This document shows, piece after piece, positions 11,942-20,841 of a stretch of 64,000 nucleotides of DNA. The position numbers and the translations under genes are program-made. Every line of letters starts with the position of its first letter. Position 1 is the first letter of the stretch. The stretch is from positions 704,001-768,000 of the forward strand of contig BK006949.2 in assembly GCA_000146045.2 (NCBI GenBank). The letters run 5' to 3'. This stretch comes from TPA_inf: Saccharomyces. Lineage: Eukaryota. The notes beneath the pieces were generated by a model. The model had not been told where the DNA came from, did not search any database, and worked only from the letters and a program-made list of their open reading frames with translations.

Positions 11942-12155
11942 TTTGTGCGTTAGAACAGTGAACTTTTGTATCGAACTTTATATAATAATTCTACGGATGT
12001 ATCCATCTTATTTCTTTTCAAAAGAATGGAAGAATAGAAATGTAAATAATGAGTTAAAAGGGGCAGTTGCTTGATATTTTGACACGAATTTAGTTACAAC
12101 ATTTTGCATATAGCTTCAAGTGATATTTATTTATTTTTAATATAGTACCGTGGAC

Positions 12156-14468
12156 TCACAGTTTGGGCTCTCGCTGTTCTTCAAATTCTAAATCTTGCTT
12201 GAAAAAGCCGTCATTAAAACGATTCTGAGAGGTCTTCTTAACAAAAGCTTGAGAGCTTTCAAGTTTTGAAGCTTTCACATGGGGATCACCATTTTTGAGC
12301 GAATTCTGAGAATCATTTGAGGATACAGAAAACTTTCTATTTTCTTTGTTCGCAAACATCTTTGAAGCATTCATATTTGAAGCCGACGGTGGAACTGGAA
12401 AATTCTCAGTGTCTTTTTCCTTCCTGCCTTCTAGTTTTGGAGATAGTGTATTTAACGGTTGTGAAGGCCTTCTTGGTACTGGTCTCCTATTAGAAATCAT
12501 TTTTGGATTGGATGTAAGGATAGGATTATCTGATTCTCTCTCATCTGCTGAATCGTCATTTTTCTTATCTTGAACATCTATTTCATCCATATCTTCGGTG
12601 TCACTCGAATTACCAACATTATCCTTATACCATCTACCGATTTTCTTGATTGAATTCTTGAAGTATTTCCTTGACTTGGTAGAATTTTCAGAACTGGAAA
12701 CATCATCATTAGTCGCGGTTGTGACTGTTGTCTGGGTTGTAGTTTTCGTTGCCACTCCAGATGCGTCAACAAGATCTTTTAGGTTTTCTTTCTTTCTCTC
12801 TGGCCTTAAGGCTTTTTTGATTCGACTCTGGGTTTTCATTCCGCCCTCTTGAAGTGCTTCTAAGTGTTCCTTAGCACTAGTATTATTCATATCTGAGGCT
12901 GCCGCAGCAGTGCGAGCCCTCGCCGCTGCCTCAGGATCCTGCTCCTCCCAAATACCACCTCTGTATACTTCATTAGGTGTTGGATAAAAAACAATATCAT
13001 CCATAAACGGTACAACTAGGGACTCCTTCACGGCTTCGGCAAACTTACTCTTTATAGCGTTAGTAACGACGTTGTATGATAATTTACTTGAACTGACAAT
13101 GGGCTCAATTTCAAAATCCATTATAGGTTCGGTGCGAAAAGCATACCAAATTCTGTTAGATGGAGGTGGTTTGATTAAAAATAAAAGTGGACCGGAAAAT
13201 TCTTTAATTTTTATGGACAACTGCAAAGAAACCTCCCTTTGTTTGAAACGTGATCCCAAGTTAATACTCGCCTTTGTCGCAATAATAATTGTCAAGTTTC
13301 CCCTGTATTGAACGTCGATAGCAATCTTAGTCGAACCCTCAGGAGACAATTCTAATAACTCAGGAGAGGTGAATAATGGAGCACTATCACCCACGTCGAC
13401 CTTTTCAACAACCAAATCATCCAAGAACCCTGGGGTTTTTATTTTATTCAATTTCTTGCAGATTTTCTCATGAATAAACTTATTCAACGTATCAGTTTGT
13501 TGCAGAGAAAGAAATAATCTCCCAAGAAGAGCATTCAGCCACTTAGTAGTTAACTGATTTTCAGTAGAGTTGATATCCTGAATCAATTGTAACATATCCT
13601 TAGTCTTCAAATGAGCTGCGTTAGCTGAAACATTAGGATCCAATAAACCAGTTGAGAGGGAATTACTGTTTTTAGAGGCATTGATCAACTGATAATACCA
13701 ATCTTCTTTGTCCATGTTATTATCGAAATACAAGAAGAACTGATTTGAGCTATGGAATTGTGATTGATATTCATGTGTAGTGTCATTGGTAGAGATGTCA
13801 CCGTTATTCGATTCAGCACTGGTAAGTGGGTCGAAGTGTGGCAGGATAACATTATGGTTTTTAGAGTCTATAGAAACGAGGTCATTCTTGAAAATAGCAA
13901 TACAAGTTCTCTTAGTGAAAAGCGAGGCATCTGGCAATTCTTCCTTACCCAGTTCATCGAAACGGGGCCAAATGGTGATAAATCTGTTTTGTAAAGATAT
14001 AGCATGGACCAAATTTGCATTTTGAGAATCGTCTTTATACAAAAACAAATTTCCATGTCTTAATACTGCAAAAAACCTTTGTTTTTTCTTCAAGTCTGTT
14101 CTTTGCAAGATTTGCTCTTGAAGTGCAGTGTCTGAATCTTTATTATTATTAGAATTCTTCAAAATTACAGCCACTTCTGAAGAATGATAATAATATTGCT
14201 TAGTGACGGTGATCCAACCCTTGTTAAAAACTTTGACACCTAATTGCTCTTCTAGCTTGCGTGCTTTAAACTCTGGGTCTATATCGCGAGCCAGAAGTCT
14301 GGTTTTCTCATCAATTTCGTCTGCTGTATCATGATCTAGCTCCTTCTTCGATGCCGATTTAAGGTTACTGTACAATAAATGGATTTTATAGAGGGTGAAA
14401 AGGACCAAAGGCAAAAATGTGATACCGCCAAGCAAGTAAACTGCGAGAAATACCTTCAAGCTAGCCAT
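12156..14468 (-). CDS. NVJ2: NVJ2 (YPR091C), SMP/PH-domain lipid-transfer protein of the nucleus-vacuole junction, 770 aa
   Basis: ATG (cat at 14466-14468) opens a 770-aa ORF with an N-terminal transmembrane segment (LKVFLAVYLLGGITFLPLVLFTLY). Length and sequence match Nvj2. Confidence 0.85.
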   Translation of the reverse strand: MASLKVFLAVYLLGGITFLPLVLFTLYKIHLLYSNLKSASKKELDHDTADEIDEKTRLLARDIDPEFKARKLEEQLGVKVFNKGWITVTKQYYYHSSEVAVILKNSNNNKDSDTALQEQILQRTDLKKKQRFFAVLRHGNLFLYKDDSQNANLVHAISLQNRFITIWPRFDELGKEELPDASLFTKRTCIAIFKNDLVSIDSKNHNVILPHFDPLTSAESNNGDISTNDTTHEYQSQFHSSNQFFLYFDNNMDKEDWYYQLINASKNSNSLSTGLLDPNVSANAAHLKTKDMLQLIQDINSTENQLTTKWLNALLGRLFLSLQQTDTLNKFIHEKICKKLNKIKTPGFLDDLVVEKVDVGDSAPLFTSPELLELSPEGSTKIAIDVQYRGNLTIIIATKASINLGSRFKQREVSLQLSIKIKEFSGPLLFLIKPPPSNRIWYAFRTEPIMDFEIEPIVSSSKLSYNVVTNAIKSKFAEAVKESLVVPFMDDIVFYPTPNEVYRGGIWEEQDPEAAARARTAAAASDMNNTSAKEHLEALQEGGMKTQSRIKKALRPERKKENLKDLVDASGVATKTTTQTTVTTATNDDVSSSENSTKSRKYFKNSIKKIGRWYKDNVGNSSDTEDMDEIDVQDKKNDDSADERESDNPILTSNPKMISNRRPVPRRPSQPLNTLSPKLEGRKEKDTENFPVPPSASNMNASKMFANKENRKFSVSSNDSQNSLKNGDPHVKASKLESSQAFVKKTSQNRFNDGFFKQDLEFEEQREPKL

Positions 14469-14692
14469 TATGGTCTTTTAATGCTACTTTTCTCTTGCTG
14501 TTCTGCTCTTCGATGTGTTCAAAACCCTTTCTCCTGGTTATTATACAAGAGGGATTTACGGAGAAAACTTAAGTGGGAGAAAACTGAAAAATGTGCCATA
14601 CCAATTAGGTGCAAAAATGAAAGATCTAAAGGGAAGAGAACCAAGAGTTATTTAAAGGGCTACATAGGGTGCAAGATTAGTTAGGTTGTAGA

Positions 14693-14813
14693 ACTAGTTT
14701 TTCAGAGTCATTAAATCAGTTATTTTTTATTTTGTAGTCATCAATTAGCCCCTTCGTTAAAGAGACCAATCTAGTACAGTGTGAATATAAAAAAATCATC
14801 ATAATAAACTAGT
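14693..14813 (-). ncRNA. SNR51: box C/D snoRNA, snR51 (guide for 18S Am100)
   Basis: On the minus strand the order is: 5' ACUAGU stem, C box AUGAUGA (plus 14796-14802), a C' box UGAUGAC, a 16-nt guide AUAACUGAUUUAAUGA, then D box CUGA (plus 14702-14705) and a 3' ACUAGU stem. The guide (plus 14708-14723) is perfectly complementary to the 18S rRNA 5' region ...GGCUCAUUAAAUCAGUUAU... The fifth nucleotide upstream of D pairs with A100. The ends are approximate. Confidence 0.8.
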
Positions 14814-14874
14814 CCGCAACAGTCTCTTTTATCATCCAAATCAACTGATAAGGAATAAATTGAAATAAGAAACA

Positions 14875-15060
14875 AATTTCCGAAAAAATCAGATGTCTTG
14901 TGACCAATCATCAATTCTCCACTAAAGAACCATAATGCCATCAACATCGCTCCTTTAAAAAATTTGTACACAAAAGAACGATGAGAGTAGACGGCGACCC
15001 TTTAACAGATACTAATATGTCCGCCCGGTCGACAACAAATCATCATATCAAAAGGAAAAT
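14875..15060 (-). ncRNA. SNR70: box C/D snoRNA, probably snR70 (middle unit of the polycistron)
   Basis: On the minus strand the order is: 5' UUUCC stem, C box AUGAUGA (plus 15040-15046), an internal C' UGAUGA (about plus 14907-14913), then D box CUGA (plus 14889-14892) and a 3' GGAAA stem. It is about 165-185 nt. Its identity rests on position between the other two snoRNAs. I could not confirm a guide duplex by eye. Confidence 0.6.
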
Positions 15061-15129
15061 TAAAAATTCCATTGCAGGCATGAAAAAGATAATAATGAAA
15101 GATAAATGCTTTCTTTTCTTCCCTTCCGT

Positions 15130-15248
15130 GGCACCCCTCATACAAGGCTGAAACTTAACGAAAAAGGGTTGTCGACATGTAGTTAAACCACTATTCAGTC
15201 GGAACAATTGGTATATGATTAATAATTTTTAATCATAGGGGAGTCACA
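15130..15248 (-). ncRNA. SNR41: box C/D snoRNA, snR41 (guides for 18S Am541 and Gm1126), with degenerate C (AUGAUUA) and D (AUGA) boxes
   Basis: The minus strand carries two guides. Guide 1 is CCAAUUGUUCC (plus 15201-15211), complementary to 18S GGAACAAUUGG. It lies two nucleotides 5' of a CUGA (plus 15195-15198), so the fifth nucleotide upstream pairs with the first A of GGAAC. Guide 2 is UUAAGUUUCAGCCUUG (plus 15143-15158), complementary to 18S CAAGGCUGAAACUUAA. It is followed by U then AUGA, so the fifth nucleotide pairs with a G. The terminal stem is CCCCU/AGGGG. The ends are approximate. Confidence 0.6.
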
Positions 15249-15450
15249 CAGAAAGAAAATGGAAAAAGAAAAAAGGAACTCATATATTATCTCTTCCAAG
15301 GGACCTACTGGTCGCTTAATCTGCCTCTTTGTAGTGCAGTAGCACTCACAATGGTGCTATATTTGAGTTTGTTCAACTGTTTTCTATTGAAGACGAAGAA
15401 GCAAACAAAGGAAGATGTGAAAAAAAAATTCTATGGGTCAAACTTGTGCT

Positions 15451-15503
15451 TTTATACGTCGTACGAGAGATGGGTCACCCGCTTCTGAGGGTTTTTTTTA
15501 GGG
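15451..15503 (-). promoter_or_regulatory. Putative promoter of the snR41-snR70-snR51 polycistron: Tbf1 site plus TATA box
   Basis: On the minus strand a TATAAAAG (plus 15451-15458) lies about 40 bp downstream of RCCCTAA (plus ttaggg at 15498-15503), with an oligo(dA:dT) tract between them. A Tbf1 site plus TATA is the known architecture of yeast snoRNA promoters. Confidence 0.4.
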
Positions 15504-15557
15504 CTCATACTAGAGTATTATACTGTTTATATCTTGTTTTAATGTTATATTGCATTA

Positions 15558-16490
15558 CTACTCATCATGACAGTAAATTAGGAGTTCTGTGTGCACTCCA
15601 GTTCGGGCTAAAGAGTCGTAATCGTACTGGTCAGGCAGGTACTTGTTGTCAGAGAGACGGTACAACTTGCGGGATACTTGCTTGTTGACGTGCTTGTAGG
15701 CATCCTTGAAGCGCAGCAGAGGCAGTGGGTACCGGTCCAGTGCTCGTCGCACGTGCATCTGGATTTTGTGCTTGGCATTCCGTATCTGTTCATACATCTG
15801 CTGTGTCTTGACGCTGTGCTTGTCCCGTAACTCACCAGCAAAAATCATGGAATTCCTGGAATCGTAGCTAGCAAGTTGGCTACTGATAGCACCCATGCGC
15901 AGCTCGAGCAATGCATTTGATCTACAATCTGTGCACTCCTGCCACGTATTGCGATCGCCCACCTCACAAGCTAGCCCGCGTAGACATGTTTCGTGATATA
16001 TTGCTTCGCAGTCTTGGCAATACAGGCTTAATCGAGAAACATCTGTGTCTCCGCATATGCTGCACTGAATTATCTTAATGGTATCCATCACCAGCGTACC
16101 TCTAAGCCTTTCGCTGAGAAATTCTATTTCTTGGTCTTGCTCCCCTGTATCGTCCTCATTTCTTTCGTTAGTTGTTTCGGCCCCCACATAATCGATAGCA
16201 TTCTTAATCATAAACCCCATCTTCAAATTTATAGAAAGTGCATGTTGCCCTTCGCCAACTTCTAAATGGGTGGATTCAACCCTGCAGATGGGGCACTTCA
16301 AGTTGATACTATACTTGTGCCACTCTCTTATACAGTTTAAGTGGAATTTATGCCCGCAAACGTTCAAACATCCAAATTGTTCACCCTCTTGGTCATCTGC
16401 CAAACAAATAGGACACTCTTCCATCTTTTTATATGATATTTGGATATTTGGCTGAGGGTATGGTCTCTCCCTTGGCTCAACTCCTTGCAT
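15558..16490 (-). CDS. ASR1: ASR1 (YPR093C), RING/PHD-finger ubiquitin ligase that binds the RNA Pol II CTD
   Basis: ATG (cat at 16488-16490) opens a 310-codon ORF. It has a RING-H2 (CPICL...[13 protein letters not shown]...CPICR) and a second Cys-rich PHD-like finger. An internal ATG at 16424 (MEECPICL) would give the 288-aa form I half-remember for Asr1. Confidence 0.8.
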
Positions 16491-16636
16491 CTTTTTTTCT
16501 ATTTTTTTTTCTCACTTTCTGTTCTTCCATATATGCATTACTTGCCATATTTCTCACTTACTAAGGCATTCAACATAGAAAATGAAGATGGATACAAAAA
16601 AGATCCACACACATACAAGCCTCCAACAAAAAAAAC

Positions 16637-16960
16637 ATGTCCCGCCATCAGTTTGATCTAATAATGTGCCTAAAGCAGCCTGGTGTACAGACAGGTCTTC
16701 TTTGTGAAAAATGTGATGGCAAATGTCCTATCTGCGACTCTTATGTAAGGCCCAAAAGGAAAGTTAGAGTATGTGAAAACTGTTCGTTTGGTAAACAAGC
16801 TAAAAATTGTATAATTTGTAATCTAAATGTTGGAGTCAATGACGCATTCTATTGTTGGGAGTGCTGCCGCTTAGGTAAAGATAAAGATGGCTGTCCTAGG
16901 ATCTTAAACCTTGGCAGCAATAGACTGGATAGACATTTCGAGAAAAAGAAAAAGGTATAA
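16637..16960 (+). CDS. RDS3: RDS3 (YPR094W), SF3b zinc-cluster splicing factor (PHF5A homolog), 107 aa
   Basis: ATG at 16637 opens a 107-aa Cys-rich ORF, MSRHQFDLIMCLKQPGVQTGLLCEKCDGKCPICDSY..., which is recognisably Rds3. Confidence 0.9.
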   Translation: MSRHQFDLIMCLKQPGVQTGLLCEKCDGKCPICDSYVRPKRKVRVCENCSFGKQAKNCIICNLNVGVNDAFYCWECCRLGKDKDGCPRILNLGSNRLDRHFEKKKKV

Positions 16961-17036
16961 CACATACATATAGAATATGTAAAAATATATAAATAAATAA
17001 CATGCATTTATAACCCATGGTACTATTTTCTTCCCC

Positions 17037-20000
17037 TTATTCGTTACTATATTCGTCGTAACTACTGTCGCTCACGCACACTTGCAAACTGTTCTCGTTG
17101 AATAAGAAGCTTTCCTCTATATCATCTATACCATCACTATCGTCGTTATTGCCTTGCCCCTCCTCTTCTCCTTTACCATGCTCTAAGATATTCTTTTCAG
17201 CCTGCTTGCGAGTCACTTCTTTTATGATACTTACAAACAGCTCGCTTCTCTTAATTTCGTAGATTAACCAGTCCATTCTGACAGCCAGCTGTCTTATGCG
17301 GTTTATCATATCTGTCTTAGTCTTTGTGCTAATAGGAACACATTTTCCCATAAGCATCAGAGTGCTTTCAAATTTTTTCAATTTCTCCCATTTGGCTGAT
17401 TTTATAGACCTAAGTCTTTCCATCCTCTGCAAAATGGTAAGCTTTCTCTTATTACAAATAGTGTTTGCTATACTACCAATTTCCACATAGCATCCGTCAT
17501 ATGCTGAAAATAGATTGATAGAATCGATCCAGTTGTCCCTTTCATACTTATTAGCACATTTCCAGATAAAATTTCGATGACATGTATGTAAGTATAATAG
17601 ACAATCGGCATTTTCGTCTTCGAAAATCGGATACTCGTCCTTAATGGAATGATAATCTTCATTACTGTCATTTGAACTGAGTTGATTATCTGAACTAGAA
17701 ACACTATCGTTGTCACTCTCGCCGTTACTCACACTGCTCGTACCATCAGTAGAATTCGTTATGCTATCCTCTTCATCTGAAGATGGCTCGAAGACTCCTT
17801 CATTGTGTTTGGCGGAGCTACTTGCTGCAGTTGTGTTGCTTGTATGACTCCCAGTAGAATGATGCTCTGTATACGCAAGTACCAAACTTGCGAAATGAGA
17901 TTTCCCAAGTGAATCTCGCTCCCTATCAGCAAATAAACCGTTATACACGTCAATCGTACTTCCCGGAACAAAAGAAAATCCTGATTTAAAATCAATTATA
18001 TAGTTTGTAGTTCCTGATTTTGGGTCCTTCATCATCTGTGGATTTATCCAGTCCATTTTATCGCAGATCAAAAGCCCCAATGATGTTAATATGGCAAATT
18101 CCTTTTTCCAATGAATTTTAGCGGAGTTAACAATAGAAAATTTTCTACTGGGCATCCCCAAATTCATTATTGCTCCCATTTGAAGGATTTTGCAATACTT
18201 ATAATCGGAGTTCTTGCATCCAGACCGGCTATTATCATTCAATATTTCAAAATTAGGTAAATTCAGTTTATTCAATTGACTTTTGTGAAAGCGTAAATAC
18301 CCACCTTTAGTATCATTCATAATACTATAATATTTTTCGTATTTATGTTCTTCATTTCTCAACAAATTTGCCTTCAGAGCATTCTTATTCCAATATTTTG
18401 AGACTTCTGGAAATAGATTTACTTCATTTAATGTATCATTTATAATGTGCGAATAAACGTTAATGTCATCTTGAACTAACGTAGCATTTCCGCTAGAACT
18501 AGAGCTTGGATTATATGAAAAATAAGACGATATTGAGTTAGAAGCCGGTCTATTGCTATTACTGTTAGCCGTTCCGAGGTTGGCCCCGTTTATAGTACCC
18601 GACGTACTTGGTGGGCAAGAAGCCGCCGTAGATGGGGCAATACCAGATGCACTAATTGAATTCGTTAGCGGATAAAAGATTGGGGAAAGGGAAGCTTCCT
18701 TGGGTATTATACTCCCCCTTTTTATCATGTCTATGGGAGAATACATCGAATTCGAAGATAATGTGATAGCAAAATTTGTGTCAAATGCATCTTTATCAAG
18801 GATGCTATCGTCCAACGCCATTGGTGACATCAAAAAGTAATTAAATTTCGGCGACTCTTTGGCTGTCACATTCTCATAAAAATATGTCAAAACGGCCATA
18901 GGGATCTCATTACCTCCTGAGTATTTGTCATTATGGACTAAATCCACGAAATCATGCTTTGTCATTTTGCTTTTATTGTTGGGGTTAAAGTAATCAGTGT
19001 GCAACATTAGTAAGGAAAATGCAATAAAATACACCTGGTCTGCATTAGACCAGGGGCACTCAATTCCTTTTTTCTTAGAATAGCTCTTTTGGGCCTTATA
19101 GTATGCAAAGCTAAAAGCCATTATCAATCTATCAATTTGCTGCGTCTCCTTTGGAAGCTCTAAAAACATCAACAATTTCCTCAGGGCAATATCTAAAGGG
19201 TCATTTTTAAATTCGAAGCAATTCGTTAATAGGTAGTTTAAACAATTTTTTTTGAACTCATCATCTTTTTCCGTTAAAATGATCCCAATGAACTTTCCGT
19301 AGGGCGCTAATTTAATCAAGAAGTCCTTACAAGAATCACTAAATTCAGGCGCGGGAACCGGTGGTAGATCTTCCAGCGAGACATCCAGTTTTTGTTGTAG
19401 CTGCTGTTGTTGTTGAAGGTGCTGTTGCCTAGAGGATGATAAACTGGAGGAGCGAAGGTTAACAAAACTACTTAAAGCATTCACAATTGAGCTACTTCTT
19501 CTTGACATTCCAGTAATAGTTGAATTGGCATTGCTTTTATTGTTGTAAACTGAAGTAGGGCCTGATCCATGAGGTAGGCCCAATTTGTTATGGTAGCCTT
19601 CATCTTCAATTGATTTTCTCTTGCCGCCCTTGCCTTGAACAAAAGACGTACTTTGAGATCGAGACCTTGATAAAACCTGATGGTCTGGGTGACTTGCTTC
19701 CGCTCCATCTGTATCATTGCTTATAATATTGGCATCATCGGGCAAAAGAGGTCCGCGGGATCCCATGGGGTCTTGCATAAGAGAATTTGTATTTTTCTCG
19801 TCAATAGTCCTAATAAAAGAAGATGGAGAGAGTGGCGGTTTGTTCTTTGCTGTATTGTTTTTGTTAATATAGTCAAATACGTCAACAGTTCTACTGCGCC
19901 TTCTTCCGAACCTCCTTTTGGAGATCTCATCTTGTTGTTTTGCCAATTCAATTTGAGGAGTTGCATCAAGTGGTATTGCGTGCAGCGAATTGAATTTTAT

Positions 20001-20717
20001 TGACGACGACGATGATGATGATGATGCAACAACAGCTCTTTTGGACGGATTGAAATATCTTGAAGCCGCTGTAGAGGAACCGACGGAAGAAGATGTCGAT
20101 ATCCTACTCACAGTAGGAAGAGTAGGAACTAATCTATCACCGTTAAACAGGGTAGGCTCTTGTGATTTTCTGTAATCTCTTGACAATCTATTAGAAGAAG
20201 GAAATTTTTCTAGAGCAGGTTTCACAGGAATGAATGGGGCGTGTTTTGAATTTCTCTTTACGTTATCAGACCCGGAGCTAGTAAGCGTGACTCTCTCACC
20301 ATCGGGCTTGGGAACTTTCTCTATCGAATCTATGTTGTTTTCTGATTTGAAAGGCATTTCTTCAGGATCTTGTCCATTACGGAGGTGTTGTGCAACCAAG
20401 ATTTCATCATCTTCAGAACCCTTTTCATTGGCTGACCTGAAATTCAAGTCTAACCTACCCATCTTACGCCGTATCCTGCTTAGTTTGCTGTGTTTTTTTG
20501 TGGGCTCGCATTCTTTTACATCAAGTTTATCGTCGTCATTATTAGTGTGTTCCTGTATTTCTGCGAGTTGAAGAAAAGGACTTCTATAACTTTCCGACTC
20601 TCTTAATTTATCTATGCCTGTTGAAACATTGCTTCCGCCCTTTTTGTTGCCATTTTTATCGTTACTGTGTGATTGAAGGAATTTAAGCTTAATCAACGAA
20701 GAAATAGACTGATTCAT
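17037..20717 (-). CDS. SYT1: SYT1 (YPR095C), Sec7-domain Arf guanine-nucleotide exchange factor, 1226 aa
   Basis: ATG (cat at 20715-20717) opens a 1226-aa ORF. It has a central Sec7-like region, a poly-Ser run and a poly-Gln run. Length matches Syt1. Confidence 0.85.
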   Translation of the reverse strand: MNQSISSLIKLKFLQSHSNDKNGNKKGGSNVSTGIDKLRESESYRSPFLQLAEIQEHTNNDDDKLDVKECEPTKKHSKLSRIRRKMGRLDLNFRSANEKGSEDDEILVAQHLRNGQDPEEMPFKSENNIDSIEKVPKPDGERVTLTSSGSDNVKRNSKHAPFIPVKPALEKFPSSNRLSRDYRKSQEPTLFNGDRLVPTLPTVSRISTSSSVGSSTAASRYFNPSKRAVVASSSSSSSSIKFNSLHAIPLDATPQIELAKQQDEISKRRFGRRRSRTVDVFDYINKNNTAKNKPPLSPSSFIRTIDEKNTNSLMQDPMGSRGPLLPDDANIISNDTDGAEASHPDHQVLSRSRSQSTSFVQGKGGKRKSIEDEGYHNKLGLPHGSGPTSVYNNKSNANSTITGMSRRSSSIVNALSSFVNLRSSSLSSSRQQHLQQQQQLQQKLDVSLEDLPPVPAPEFSDSCKDFLIKLAPYGKFIGIILTEKDDEFKKNCLNYLLTNCFEFKNDPLDIALRKLLMFLELPKETQQIDRLIMAFSFAYYKAQKSYSKKKGIECPWSNADQVYFIAFSLLMLHTDYFNPNNKSKMTKHDFVDLVHNDKYSGGNEIPMAVLTYFYENVTAKESPKFNYFLMSPMALDDSILDKDAFDTNFAITLSSNSMYSPIDMIKRGSIIPKEASLSPIFYPLTNSISASGIAPSTAASCPPSTSGTINGANLGTANSNSNRPASNSISSYFSYNPSSSSSGNATLVQDDINVYSHIINDTLNEVNLFPEVSKYWNKNALKANLLRNEEHKYEKYYSIMNDTKGGYLRFHKSQLNKLNLPNFEILNDNSRSGCKNSDYKYCKILQMGAIMNLGMPSRKFSIVNSAKIHWKKEFAILTSLGLLICDKMDWINPQMMKDPKSGTTNYIIDFKSGFSFVPGSTIDVYNGLFADRERDSLGKSHFASLVLAYTEHHSTGSHTSNTTAASSSAKHNEGVFEPSSDEEDSITNSTDGTSSVSNGESDNDSVSSSDNQLSSNDSNEDYHSIKDEYPIFEDENADCLLYLHTCHRNFIWKCANKYERDNWIDSINLFSAYDGCYVEIGSIANTICNKRKLTILQRMERLRSIKSAKWEKLKKFESTLMLMGKCVPISTKTKTDMINRIRQLAVRMDWLIYEIKRSELFVSIIKEVTRKQAEKNILEHGKGEEEGQGNNDDSDGIDDIEESFLFNENSLQVCVSDSSYDEYSNE

Positions 20718-20841
20718 TATCTGGCAAGTGTGGATTGAAGAGCTGGTCTGGCGGGAAGTTAGCGAAAATGAAGTTACAATGAGTTGAAACAGAGTAAATA
20801 ATAGGGAGTGGATGCGAGTAACCTTGCGATGTCAAAAGAAT

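Noticed and set aside
2594-12155. ARS consensus (WTTTAYRTTTW) candidates in AT-rich intergenic regions
   Set aside because: Several near-matches exist, but none is exact with a flanking B1 element that I could verify by eye. I will not call an origin without a computed ACS score.
15121-15211. Short plus-strand stretches identical to 18S rRNA (CAAGGCTGAAACTTAA, GGAACAATTGG), and at 14708-14723 TCATTAAATCAGTTAT
   Set aside because: They are not rDNA fragments or an rDNA insertion. They are the complements of minus-strand snoRNA antisense guides.
14379-15688. Small ORFs (101, 66 and 80 aa) in the NVJ2/ASR1 intergenic region
   Set aside because: The region is better explained by the three box C/D snoRNAs and their promoter. 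The ORFs have no start-codon context and no recognisable sequence, and would be the dubious ORF YPR092W.
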